A stretch of DNA of 64,000 nt, taken from an uncultured Methanosarcinales archaeon (GTDB lineage: Archaea; Halobacteriota; Methanosarcinia; Methanotrichales; Methanotrichaceae). A program made the translations under genes and the position numbers. Location: contig CAWJKV010000003.1 of NCBI GenBank assembly GCA_963843555.1, positions 32,001-96,000 of the forward strand, given 5' to 3'. Shown here one piece after another: positions 1 through 8,144 of the stretch (positions are counted from its first letter, which is position 1; each line of letters begins with the position of its first letter). The notes beneath the pieces are model-generated. The model was not told where the DNA came from, did not search any database, and was given only the letters and a program-made list of their open reading frames with translations.

Positions 1-264
1 TCAGAAGCCTCTACCAACCCTGGAATTTGCAGCCCGACAGGACGCTGCTCTTCATCCTTGACCCAAGCCTTGCCCTGCAGAGAATGCAGTCGCGTCCGGG
101 ACGGGAGAAGTTCGAGCAGGCTCGAGTTCCTGCAGTCCGTGGACGAAAACTTCCGCCAGCTGGCCGCCGGTGAGCCGGAACGTTTTGTATTGATAGATGC
201 GAGCCTTGGCCCGGAGTCGGTAGCTGAGCAGGCACTCTTGGCCGTCCTCGAACTGATATCCTGA
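1..264 (+). CDS. tmk: thymidylate (dTMP) kinase, C-terminal part; truncated by window edge, one frameshift near 118
   Basis: Joined frames read PDRTLLFILDPSLALQRMQSRPGREKFE / LEFLQSVDENFRQLA...RFVLIDAS, the typical Tmk C-terminus. Confidence 0.75.
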   Translation, partial: SEASTNPGICSPTGRCSSSLTQALPCRECSRVRDGRSSSRLEFLQSVDENFRQLAAGEPERFVLIDASLGPESVAEQALLAVLELIS

Positions 265-289
265 GAAGTTCTGCTCTTTTGCAGCCCTT

Positions 290-916
290 TCAGCTCATGG
301 CCAGTTCGATCAGCTTTTTGGCCCAGGCCAGCTTCCTTCTTTTGCGCGGAGTGACACTCTCATCTTCGAAGTCAAAGCCGACCAGTTTTATAGAGGTCGC
401 CCCCAGCTCTTTTGCCAGAAATACACATCTATCCCCATCAGTGAATCCTCCAAAGTTATAAAGGCCCGGAGGAGGGCGGCACTGGGCTGTGCCTATGACC
501 CTCTTTAGCTCTGGCACACATCTTTGCAGTGCGTCCAGATTGTCTCCGTGGGCATGTACCACCACGATGCTGCCCTCTCGATTGGCCTTTAAAATGTCAG
601 GAAAGGAGCCGTCCAGGTCAGTAACTATGATATCGGGTATAATACCATGCTTCAAGAGAACCGTCGTCGCCCCGTCTGCTGCCAGGAGGACAGCATCTTT
701 TTCCTGCAGCCCATCCAGCTCGCGATCCAGAGTCGGGGCATTGCCGAATACAACCACACCTCGGCCGCGAACCCGGGCATCGGCTTTAGGCAGCCAATTT
801 TCTGAGCCATGCAAGAGCTCTGCCAGCAGCCTTGCCGCTTCTTCATCCCTCTTTAGAGAGAAGCCGAAATCCTCTAGCATAGCCAGGTAAAGGGGCTCCC
901 AGGTCGCGAATTGCAT
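290..916 (-). CDS. mptE: 6-hydroxymethyl-7,8-dihydropterin pyrophosphokinase MptE (DUF115)
   Basis: W.PLY..ML.DFG N-terminus, AADGA, PDIIVTDLDG, VHAHGDN, NFGGFTDGDR and K..KL.WA motifs; ATG at 916. Confidence 0.88.
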   Translation of the reverse strand: MQFATWEPLYLAMLEDFGFSLKRDEEAARLLAELLHGSENWLPKADARVRGRGVVVFGNAPTLDRELDGLQEKDAVLLAADGATTVLLKHGIIPDIIVTDLDGSFPDILKANREGSIVVVHAHGDNLDALQRCVPELKRVIGTAQCRPPPGLYNFGGFTDGDRCVFLAKELGATSIKLVGFDFEDESVTPRKRRKLAWAKKLIELAMS

Positions 917-925
917 ATCGATCAA

Positions 926-966
926 GAAAAAAAATTAAAAAAGAAAGGGAGATTTATCCCTTCTTC
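926..966 (-). terminator. hairpin plus long T-tracts after the secreted-protein gene
   Basis: Minus strand GAAGGGA-taaatc-TCCCTTTC followed by T6 and a second long T run, directly after the stop at 968. Confidence 0.7.
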
Positions 967-967
967 A

Positions 968-1936
968 CTAGTAGACTCTTGGGAACTGAGCCTGGGTTGG
1001 TGCCTTGAAGCAGGTGCAGTCGAAGACGCCAGTTGCTGATTTGAAGGACTTCTTATTCGTGGCGTCCATGTCCGCAAAGCCGCCGAAGCAGCAGGGCAGC
1101 CAGTCTTCCGACTTCTGAATCAGATGGTAGGGCACTTCGAGAGTCATGTTCTTCTCGATATGGTAGGTTCCCCAGTAATCCTCATCGATCTCAATGGCAG
1201 GATTCTTCCAGGCAGTCATATCCAGATTGCCAATGGTACCCCCATTAATGGTATCCAAACTGGCAAAGGTTTCTGATGCCTGCAGGACGCCGATATGGGC
1301 CTTGCCGTCAGTCATATCTTCATTGACTTTCATCTGTGTGTAGCCTACGCCCACTATTTCTGGATCATAGGTTAAATTGAATTTCTCTTTGGCAACGAGA
1401 CTCAATTCCTTATCCAGAGCATGGGCATACTCCACCTCATGGTGCATGCTGGTGCCGGCACGATAATTCTTCACCCAGGTCTTCTCCTTCAGTAAGGAGC
1501 TGTAGTCTACCGGGTTTGCGGCGTAGTAACCGGTTCCGACAGCGATTCTCATCGGCGCATAGACCATGGATACATCTTCCTTGAACTGGATGCAGTTCTC
1601 CATGATGTCGTTGTATGAGTCGGCGTAGTGCGTCTTCCTGTCCATATTATAGTAGTTCAGGACGGCCTCACTGTTTATTGAGCCGCTGCCGTGAGCGTAA
1701 TTCTTCATAGCGACATTATCGGCCTTCGCATATATGTAGGTCATGAAATAACCATTTCCCTGCACGCTCTGCTCGAAGTCGAATGTCACATTGCTCTCTT
1801 CCAGCCCGTTTATGTATTTACCTTCCGCCGGAAATGTTTCGGCTGGAGCCGGAATTGTCGCTCCTTGAACCAATGAAATTCCCATAAGTGTAACCAAAAC
1901 CATCGCTACCGATACTGCTAGCATTGCCTTCTTCAG
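968..1936 (-). CDS. secreted / cell-envelope protein of unknown function (signal peptide, Cys-rich C-terminus)
   Basis: 318 aa ORF from ATG 1924, extendable to CTG at 1936 (KKAMLAVSVAMVLVTLMG) after GGAGG; hydrophobic signal ending VQG-A; WLPCC...CTC near the C-terminus. Confidence 0.8.
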   Translation of the reverse strand: MKKAMLAVSVAMVLVTLMGISLVQGATIPAPAETFPAEGKYINGLEESNVTFDFEQSVQGNGYFMTYIYAKADNVAMKNYAHGSGSINSEAVLNYYNMDRKTHYADSYNDIMENCIQFKEDVSMVYAPMRIAVGTGYYAANPVDYSSLLKEKTWVKNYRAGTSMHHEVEYAHALDKELSLVAKEKFNLTYDPEIVGVGYTQMKVNEDMTDGKAHIGVLQASETFASLDTINGGTIGNLDMTAWKNPAIEIDEDYWGTYHIEKNMTLEVPYHLIQKSEDWLPCCFGGFADMDATNKKSFKSATGVFDCTCFKAPTQAQFPRVY

Positions 1937-2664
1937 ATTAATCCCTCCACCTAAAGCGAATAACGCTATTCTATTTAATTATCCTTTTTCCTTAGGTAAA
2001 CTCACCTATTTTAATCTGTTGATTGTCTTTTTATAAATTTGAAAAAATTTGCCTTGCCGCAATCAGATAACGTAATTTCCTTCAACGAGCTGCACCAATT
2101 GCCTGGCATCGCTTTTGGCTCCGGAGAGTGCTTTGGCCATTTTTGGGAAATCCCCCGAGCAAAATCAAGCTCTGACAACAATGCTCCTCTCTGCACGGAT
2201 CGCCATAATTTATATACTATAATCTATCAACCATTTTAACTGGGAAAATTCTTACAGTGATGAAAATTACTCAATATATGGCCTTGGACACTGCATAAAA
2301 AGTTGAACACGTCATAAAAAAGTATTAATCCCATGAATGCATAACCAAAAGGTTAATACGTGAAGGGTTTCTCGATAGGTAACAGTATGCTCGCTCCTAT
2401 CGATCTTATGGGAAGGTCACCTTTTGGTCATACCGATTGCGTCAGTTCCAAGCGATTTGAGAACGAATCAGAATTTGAATGATAGTTATATATCGAGATA
2501 AGCATCGATCATAAGATCTGTAAAATTGAGCATACAAAAAACCCCACAACGTACAGTGCCGAAAGAGAAACGCTTCGTCACTCTGGCGAAGGGTTCCCGG
2601 GTTTTTTGGTTCCGGAGTGGGACCAAACCCCAGCCATGGGCTGGAACAGGAGGATAAACGGGGG

Positions 2665-3525
2665 ATGCTGGCAGAACTGGAAGATAAGAGAGGCAAACTC
2701 AGGCAGGAGTCCCTTGCCTTTAAGGATAGGCGCAGCCAACTGAATGCTGAGGCGAGCAAATGGGCCGCCAAGAGGAATGAGCTCAACAAGTCCACCAAAG
2801 ATCTCATCGACAAGGCTCAAGAACTCAAGAAGCTGCGGGATGAGAACAATAAGAATGTGGCTGAAGCCAAGAAGCAGAGGGACGAGTTCAACGAAAAGAC
2901 CAACCAATTCTATGCAAGAATAGACGATATCCGGAAGAAGTACAATTTGACCGGTGAGCGTTCCATAAGAGATCTGCGCCGCGAGATCGATCATCTAGAG
3001 TTTCGGCAGCAGACCGAGGTCTTAAGCCCGGATAAAGAGAAGCAATTGGTTGATAAGATCGCCGCCTTGCATGCTGAATTCCGAAGCCGCAAAGAGCAGC
3101 TGGAGAAGAATGATGAGCTGAGGAAGCTCCTGGATGAAGCTCAAGCCATGAGAGATGAGGCATCTCAGCATCACGACGAGGTTACCAAGTTCGCGGAGCT
3201 GGCCCAGGAATACCACGATCAGATGATAGGCACCTTCAAGGAAGCCGATCAGACTCGTGCCGAAGCCGATGCCGCTCATAAGGAGTTCGTGAAGGCCCAG
3301 GAGGCCGCCGATGAGCAGCACAAGGAGTTCATCCGCACCCAGCGAGAGGTTCGCGACTTCGAAAAGGTCATCGTGGGCTTGAAGAAGAAGAATAAGGACA
3401 TAAAGGAAGATCGCGCCAAAGAGGTTGCCAAGCGCGAGGCTGAAGACATCCTTACCCACTTCAGGCAGGGCGAAAAACTGGACACAGCCGATCTGCTCAG
3501 GTTGCAGCGTGCCGGCCTGGTTTGA
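2665..3525 (+). CDS. archaeal coiled-coil protein (COG1340-like)
   Basis: E/K/R-rich heptads, LEFRQQTEVLSPDKEKQLV motif, C-terminal F..GEKL.T.DLL.LQ; ATG at 2665 after GGAGG/GGGGG. Confidence 0.85.
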   Translation: MLAELEDKRGKLRQESLAFKDRRSQLNAEASKWAAKRNELNKSTKDLIDKAQELKKLRDENNKNVAEAKKQRDEFNEKTNQFYARIDDIRKKYNLTGERSIRDLRREIDHLEFRQQTEVLSPDKEKQLVDKIAALHAEFRSRKEQLEKNDELRKLLDEAQAMRDEASQHHDEVTKFAELAQEYHDQMIGTFKEADQTRAEADAAHKEFVKAQEAADEQHKEFIRTQREVRDFEKVIVGLKKKNKDIKEDRAKEVAKREAEDILTHFRQGEKLDTADLLRLQRAGLV

Positions 3526-3550
3526 TCAGCTCAAAAATTTCGACCTTATT

Positions 3551-3574
3551 GGGCAGAGATCCTGCCCTCTTCTT
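3551..3574 (+). terminator. putative terminator hairpin
   Basis: GGGCAG-agatc-CTGCCC followed by a pyrimidine tract downstream of the coiled-coil gene. Confidence 0.45.
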
Positions 3575-3663
3575 AGATTTTAGCTTCCTTTTTCCAAAAA
3601 GTCCGAATTCTCACCGGTGAAAGACCGTAAGCTTTTAAGCTTCTTCATCTGATCTGCCAAGGG

Positions 3664-4173
3664 ATGAATGAAATTCGCCTGCTCTTCGGAAAGCCGGTTA
3701 TCCGGGACAGAAGCGAGCTCATATCAGTAGTCAAGGATCTACAAACCCGTCACGGCTGCGTGGTGCAGGCGCTGGATGCAGATAAAGTCGTCAGCGAGAG
3801 ACATATCTTCTTTGCCGCCGAGAAGGCACTCGCTGCATTCTCCCAGGGGCGAAACATTGCGAAAGATGTCGGAATGGAAATAATGCGTTATGCCTCTGGA
3901 GAGCGACAGATTGAAAGGGCCCTTCACATGGGAATATCTGATTGTACAAAGCGAATCGCACTCATCCTCGCCACCTCCGACTGCATTAGCCGCTGGCCAA
4001 ATGCCGGGGATCTATCCCTGCTCGTGGAACTGGATGGATTTGGCTGTTCCTTCAGCGACGAGGCAGTGAGAGAGGCTTTCAACATCTCCTCCGCGGAGAT
4101 GGAAGCCGTGGGTGAGGGAAGGATTGAAGATTTGGTCATTGAAAGAGTAGCCCTGGTTGATACATACCGGTGA
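3664..4173 (+). CDS. cgi121: KEOPS complex subunit Cgi121
   Basis: VQALDAD.V.S.RH, NIAKD.GMEIMRYASGERQIERA, IEDLVIERVAL motifs. Confidence 0.88.
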   Translation: MNEIRLLFGKPVIRDRSELISVVKDLQTRHGCVVQALDADKVVSERHIFFAAEKALAAFSQGRNIAKDVGMEIMRYASGERQIERALHMGISDCTKRIALILATSDCISRWPNAGDLSLLVELDGFGCSFSDEAVREAFNISSAEMEAVGEGRIEDLVIERVALVDTYR

Positions 4174-4187
4174 ATCGTCAAAAAAGG

Positions 4188-4799
4188 ATGAGTCCTACAA
4201 TGAAGGAAGAATTCTACACCCCGAAGCGGTGGCTCAACTGGATGAACAAGGTCAAGGATAGCAACTTCAAGCTCACCGAGTCGGATGATAAGAACTCGGG
4301 TGCAGTATTCATCTACATCATGGATGATGTTGTGCTGGCCTGTCTGAAGGTTATAGCCCGATGCGAAAGAGAAGTTATCACTCAAGAAGAGGCCATAGCG
4401 GAGATCGAGGCAATTAAGTCAATAGTCTTCCAGGAGCATGAATCCATGGGGGAAGATGCAGATCTGATGCTGGAATCCCTCAAGACATCCCTTGCCGCGG
4501 TATTTGTCTCCAGCCAACGCCATATCACGGGAGACTTTGATCGCGATAGTGCCCTGGAGGAACTGGTAGCAAAGGCAATCGCCGCCGAACAGAAAGAGAA
4601 CCTGGACGAAGCCTTCGATCTGCTCAGTCAGGTCGGCGCGAGGGTTATAGGCGGAGAGAGTCTCCCTGAAATAGGCGACCTGCCCTACTGCATGACGGCA
4701 GAGCTTATGGATGGAATTGATGCCATATCTGCGGCCATGTTGGGCGATGACAGCTATAAAGAAGATGACGGATCAGCGGATACAGGCGAGGGCGATTAA
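4188..4799 (+). CDS. conserved euryarchaeal protein (DUF2150-like)
   Basis: EFYT.KRWLNW N-terminus, DDVVLACLK motif, acidic tail; start uncertain (4170/4188/4200). Confidence 0.7.
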   Translation: MSPTMKEEFYTPKRWLNWMNKVKDSNFKLTESDDKNSGAVFIYIMDDVVLACLKVIARCEREVITQEEAIAEIEAIKSIVFQEHESMGEDADLMLESLKTSLAAVFVSSQRHITGDFDRDSALEELVAKAIAAEQKENLDEAFDLLSQVGARVIGGESLPEIGDLPYCMTAELMDGIDAISAAMLGDDSYKEDDGSADTGEGD

Positions 4800-4838
4800 G
4801 CTGAGGCCTGAGGAAAAGGCCAGGGATTAAAAAGAAGA

Positions 4839-5741
4839 CTAAATCTCCATTGAACTCGGGTTGCCTGGCCTGGTTGTTACCTCGCAGCCATTCTCAAGAA
4901 CCACAACCGTGTGCTCCGCCTGGGAGACCATAGCTCCTTCTACCTCCCAGAGCACAGGATATCTGTGCACTACTCCACCGCGCATGAGTTGCATGAGCGC
5001 ATATTCCGCCCTCTCCCCCTTCAGCCATCGTCGGGCGAAAGGAAGCGTCTTGTAGCTTTCCTGAATCTCCTTCATCAGCACCCTTGCCGCAGGCAGCCGC
5101 ACGGGCCGGGGCGCGGATAGGCCATAGATCTCATTGATGGGGGCCTCGCTGATTCTGCCCGATCCGTTGGTGGCAAAGGGCTCAATGGCTATGACATCCC
5201 CTTCTTTCAAAGTCACGCCCTTCTCCATAGCCTTGTTGGGCACGGCTGGCTCATCATGGGCCAGATATCTGGAGAGGCCGTGGCCTGTCAAATTGTATAC
5301 CGGCTTGTAGCCGTAGCCTGTTATCGCCTCTTCGATGGCTTTGCCGATATCGGCTGTGCTTACCCCGGGACCGACCAGCTCCAGGGCTGCAGCCAGGCCG
5401 GCACAAGAGGCCTCAGTGAGCTTATCGTGGCCGCTCAAGTCAACCGTAATGGCGGCGTCGGCAATGTAACCATCGACGTGCACGCCCACATCCAGCTTGA
5501 CCATGTTCTCGCCAAATATGCTCTTATCATCGGGCGTTGGCGTGTAATGAGCCGCGCTCCTGTCCAGAGATATGTTGCAGGGAAAGGCGGGCTCGGCTCC
5601 TCTTGATCTTATGGCACCCTCTACGAAATTCGCCACGTCCAGCAGAGACGCGCCCATTTCGACTTTTGGTCGCGCTTCTTGCAACACTTCGGCCAGGATC
5701 CGCCCGGCAGTTCTGTACTTCTCCAGTATTTCCCTGTCCAT
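4839..5741 (-). CDS. map: type II methionine aminopeptidase
   Basis: PAFPCNIS, AAHYTP, KLDVGVHVDGYIADAA, NLTGHG, AIEPFAT, SQAEHT motifs. Confidence 0.95.
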   Translation of the reverse strand: MDREILEKYRTAGRILAEVLQEARPKVEMGASLLDVANFVEGAIRSRGAEPAFPCNISLDRSAAHYTPTPDDKSIFGENMVKLDVGVHVDGYIADAAITVDLSGHDKLTEASCAGLAAALELVGPGVSTADIGKAIEEAITGYGYKPVYNLTGHGLSRYLAHDEPAVPNKAMEKGVTLKEGDVIAIEPFATNGSGRISEAPINEIYGLSAPRPVRLPAARVLMKEIQESYKTLPFARRWLKGERAEYALMQLMRGGVVHRYPVLWEVEGAMVSQAEHTVVVLENGCEVTTRPGNPSSMEI

Positions 5742-5796
5742 TGATACCACCATTTAAGGCAAGATATTCCCTGGCCTGTTTTCTTAACCCGTAATT

Positions 5797-6942
5797 TTAA
5801 AGCACCAGTTCTCTCTCGAAATGGGTGAGGTTCTCGCACCCGTTTCCTCTTACCACTACCAAATCCTCCAGCCGCACGCCTCCGATTTGGGGATAGTAGA
5901 GTCCCGGCTCCACAGTCACCACCTGGCCAGCCTGCAAGGTCTCGCCGATTTCGCTGAGCGAGGGTCTTTCATGCACGTCCAGGCCAACGCCGTGGCCTGT
6001 GGAGTGGGCGAAACCGCAGCCCTCTGTTTCCGGATAGCCCATATCCTGGAAGACCTGAGCCACACGTGAATGGACCTCCTTTCCCGAGATGCCAGAGCGG
6101 ACGGCCTCAATGCCAACGTCTTGAGCCTGGCGAACGGCAGCAAAGATCTCACACACCTCAGGCGTTGCCTCGCCCCGCAGCACAGTGCGGGTCATGTCTG
6201 CATAGTACCTGCTGATCTTGGAGCGCGGAAAGATATCGATGACAATGGGGGCATTGGCATGAAGGGGCCCTGCTCCTCGCGCATGAGGGTCCGCAGCGTC
6301 AGCGCCGCCGGCCACGATGGTGTCCATGGTCTCGCATGCGTCTTCCAGCAAGGAGACCTCAATGGCAGAGCGCACCTGCTCAGAGAGAAGGGGCTGATCC
6401 TGATAAAATAGGATATCCCCGCGGGGCCGAGAGCCTGCGATCAGATCCACAGCCTTACGCATAGCCCTCTCGCAAGCCCTTTGCGTAGAGGTTACGGCAG
6501 CGATCTCTTTGTCCGTCTTTACGGCTCTCTCTCTTGTTGCTGGGCTCTCCAGGATCTTGACTTCAAGATCCGGTGACAAATTTTGGAAGATTCCGGAGGG
6601 GAAGCGGAAAGGCACGCCCACCCGCAAGACGCCGTGATCGCGCAGGAACTCTTTTAGCACCTCCAGATAGGCCAGGTCCGGTTTTCCGGAACTTTTCAGC
6701 TTTTCCATAATTTCGTATTGGGAGGTGCTGAGCACAATATCCGCCGTTGACTCTTTCTCGGCCCGGCCCTTCTCCATTGAAGAGACGAGCAGTGTGGTAT
6801 TTTCCTGGGCGAGAAGGGCGAATCGGTCGCCGGCCAGAAAGTGAGAGAGGTAATACATATCCGAATCGCAGATGCTGTCGCCAACAAAAAGAAAACCGTC
6901 CAGGTTGGAGGCCTCAAGAAAGCTCTGCATTCCGGATTGCAC
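5797..6942 (-). CDS. pepQ: Xaa-Pro peptidase (M24B family)
   Basis: DIFPR, YYADMTRT, HSTGHGVGLDVHERP, TVEPGLY, GGVRLED motifs. Confidence 0.88.
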   Translation of the reverse strand: MQSGMQSFLEASNLDGFLFVGDSICDSDMYYLSHFLAGDRFALLAQENTTLLVSSMEKGRAEKESTADIVLSTSQYEIMEKLKSSGKPDLAYLEVLKEFLRDHGVLRVGVPFRFPSGIFQNLSPDLEVKILESPATRERAVKTDKEIAAVTSTQRACERAMRKAVDLIAGSRPRGDILFYQDQPLLSEQVRSAIEVSLLEDACETMDTIVAGGADAADPHARGAGPLHANAPIVIDIFPRSKISRYYADMTRTVLRGEATPEVCEIFAAVRQAQDVGIEAVRSGISGKEVHSRVAQVFQDMGYPETEGCGFAHSTGHGVGLDVHERPSLSEIGETLQAGQVVTVEPGLYYPQIGGVRLEDLVVVRGNGCENLTHFERELVL

Positions 6943-6947
6943 AGTGG

Positions 6948-7706
6948 TTACCTGCGAATGGAGCGGGTCACTTCAGAAACGAAAGATGTGACGTCCGGGC
7001 TACGCTCTACGGCCGTGCCTGTCACTATCAGGTCCGCTCCTGCCGCCACAAGCTCCGCGGCCGCAGCTCCGCTCCGAATCCCCCCTCCCACGATGAGGAG
7101 CACATCTCCGAGAAGCCTTTTCACCAGAGCCACCATGGCAGCAGGCACTGGCGAGTCCGCACCGGACCCCGCCTCAAGGTACACCAGCCTCATGCCCATG
7201 TACCTGGCAGCCAGGGCGTAAGCCGCGGCCAACTCCGGCTTCTTTCTGGGTATAAGACGGGCATCGCCCACAAAACCTACTGTCCCCCCCGGCTCGATGA
7301 TGATGTATGCCATGGGTATGGGCTCCAGATCATAGCGCAGTATCAAGGGAGCACCCATAGCCTGATTCTCTACAATGTAGCTGGTCGAGCGAGAGTTGAG
7401 CAGGCTCATGAAGAATACGGCATCGGCATTCTCGCAGATGCCAGCTACACTGCTGGGAAAAAGAATGACGGGCAGACTGGTCTTCTTCTTGATCTGTTCA
7501 ACGGTCTCATGAAGAAGAATGCCTGCCGAGCCCACAGAGCCACCTACCATGATGGCATCTGTGCCTCCTCTGGTGGCAGCTTCGGCCATGGCTGCGGCCG
7601 CGTCAGGGCTCTGGGAATCAGGGTCAATCAGAGTGAGATGTCCCGCTCCATGCCGCTTCACAGCATTATTCAGGTGCAGCTCGACCCTGCCCCTTTCAGA
7701 GCTCAT
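6948..7706 (-). CDS. geranylgeranylglyceryl phosphate synthase
   Basis: HLTLIDPD, TDAIMVGGS, FFMSLLNS, YLEAGSGA, VGGGIR, IVTGT motifs. Confidence 0.93.
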   Translation of the reverse strand: MSSERGRVELHLNNAVKRHGAGHLTLIDPDSQSPDAAAAMAEAATRGGTDAIMVGGSVGSAGILLHETVEQIKKKTSLPVILFPSSVAGICENADAVFFMSLLNSRSTSYIVENQAMGAPLILRYDLEPIPMAYIIIEPGGTVGFVGDARLIPRKKPELAAAYALAARYMGMRLVYLEAGSGADSPVPAAMVALVKRLLGDVLLIVGGGIRSGAAAAELVAAGADLIVTGTAVERSPDVTSFVSEVTRSIRR

Positions 7707-7856
7707 TTATGCGGTCTTATTTTCCTTGGACTTCATCCTCAGGCCATGATAGCTGCACTTACGGCAGCGGGTCGCTTTTACAGGATTACGTGCATTGCAG
7801 CGCATGCATATCTTGAGGTTCAAGATTCTATTTTCTGCTTCAGGAAATCTAGCCAT
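7707..7856 (-). CDS. rpl40e: 50S ribosomal protein L40e
   Basis: [37 protein letters not shown] at 7856. Confidence 0.96.
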   Translation of the reverse strand: MARFPEAENRILNLKICMRCNARNPVKATRCRKCSYHGLRMKSKENKTA

Positions 7857-7912
7857 AACAATCAGCTCTTCGTCGCAACCTAATCTGATATGAAACTTTC
7901 CGTAATAAATAG

Positions 7913-8063
7913 CGCCGGGGTTGGGATTTTCCTGACAGGTCTCTTGCGCCCTGCCATTTTGAACCCAAGTGTCCCTGGAAGGGACAACAGGTCTCGAGCC
8001 TGCCGCGTATGAACTCCCGTCGGCTTTCAGACCGGCGGAATTTGTCCGCTCTGCCACCCCGGC
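7913..8063 (-). tRNA. tRNA-Ser(CGA) with two non-canonical introns (8009-8041 and 7927-7957); 87 nt mature, CCA not encoded
   Basis: After intron removal: acceptor GCCGGGG/CCCCGGC, discriminator G, anticodon arm GCAGG-CTCGAGA-CCTGT, long variable arm TGTCCC/GGGACA, T arm TTGGG-TTCAAAT-CCCAA. Confidence 0.92.
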
Positions 8064-8086
8064 CCGAGTGATTCTCGGTGAGCCCA

Positions 8087-8100
8087 TGCTTTATATCTGT
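8087..8100 (-). promoter_or_regulatory. TATA box for tRNA-Ser and probably the downstream rpl40e-GGGPS genes
   Basis: Minus strand ACAGATATAAAGC about 25-35 nt upstream of the tRNA 5' end. Confidence 0.6.
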
Positions 8101-8144
8101 TGCTCTTCCAAAAGTCCCCTTCAGACCGCAAATTGGGTGAATTA

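Noticed and set aside
7707..8087. 126-aa ORF extending rpl40e upstream
   Set aside because: The extension runs through the tRNA gene; L40e starts at ATG 7856
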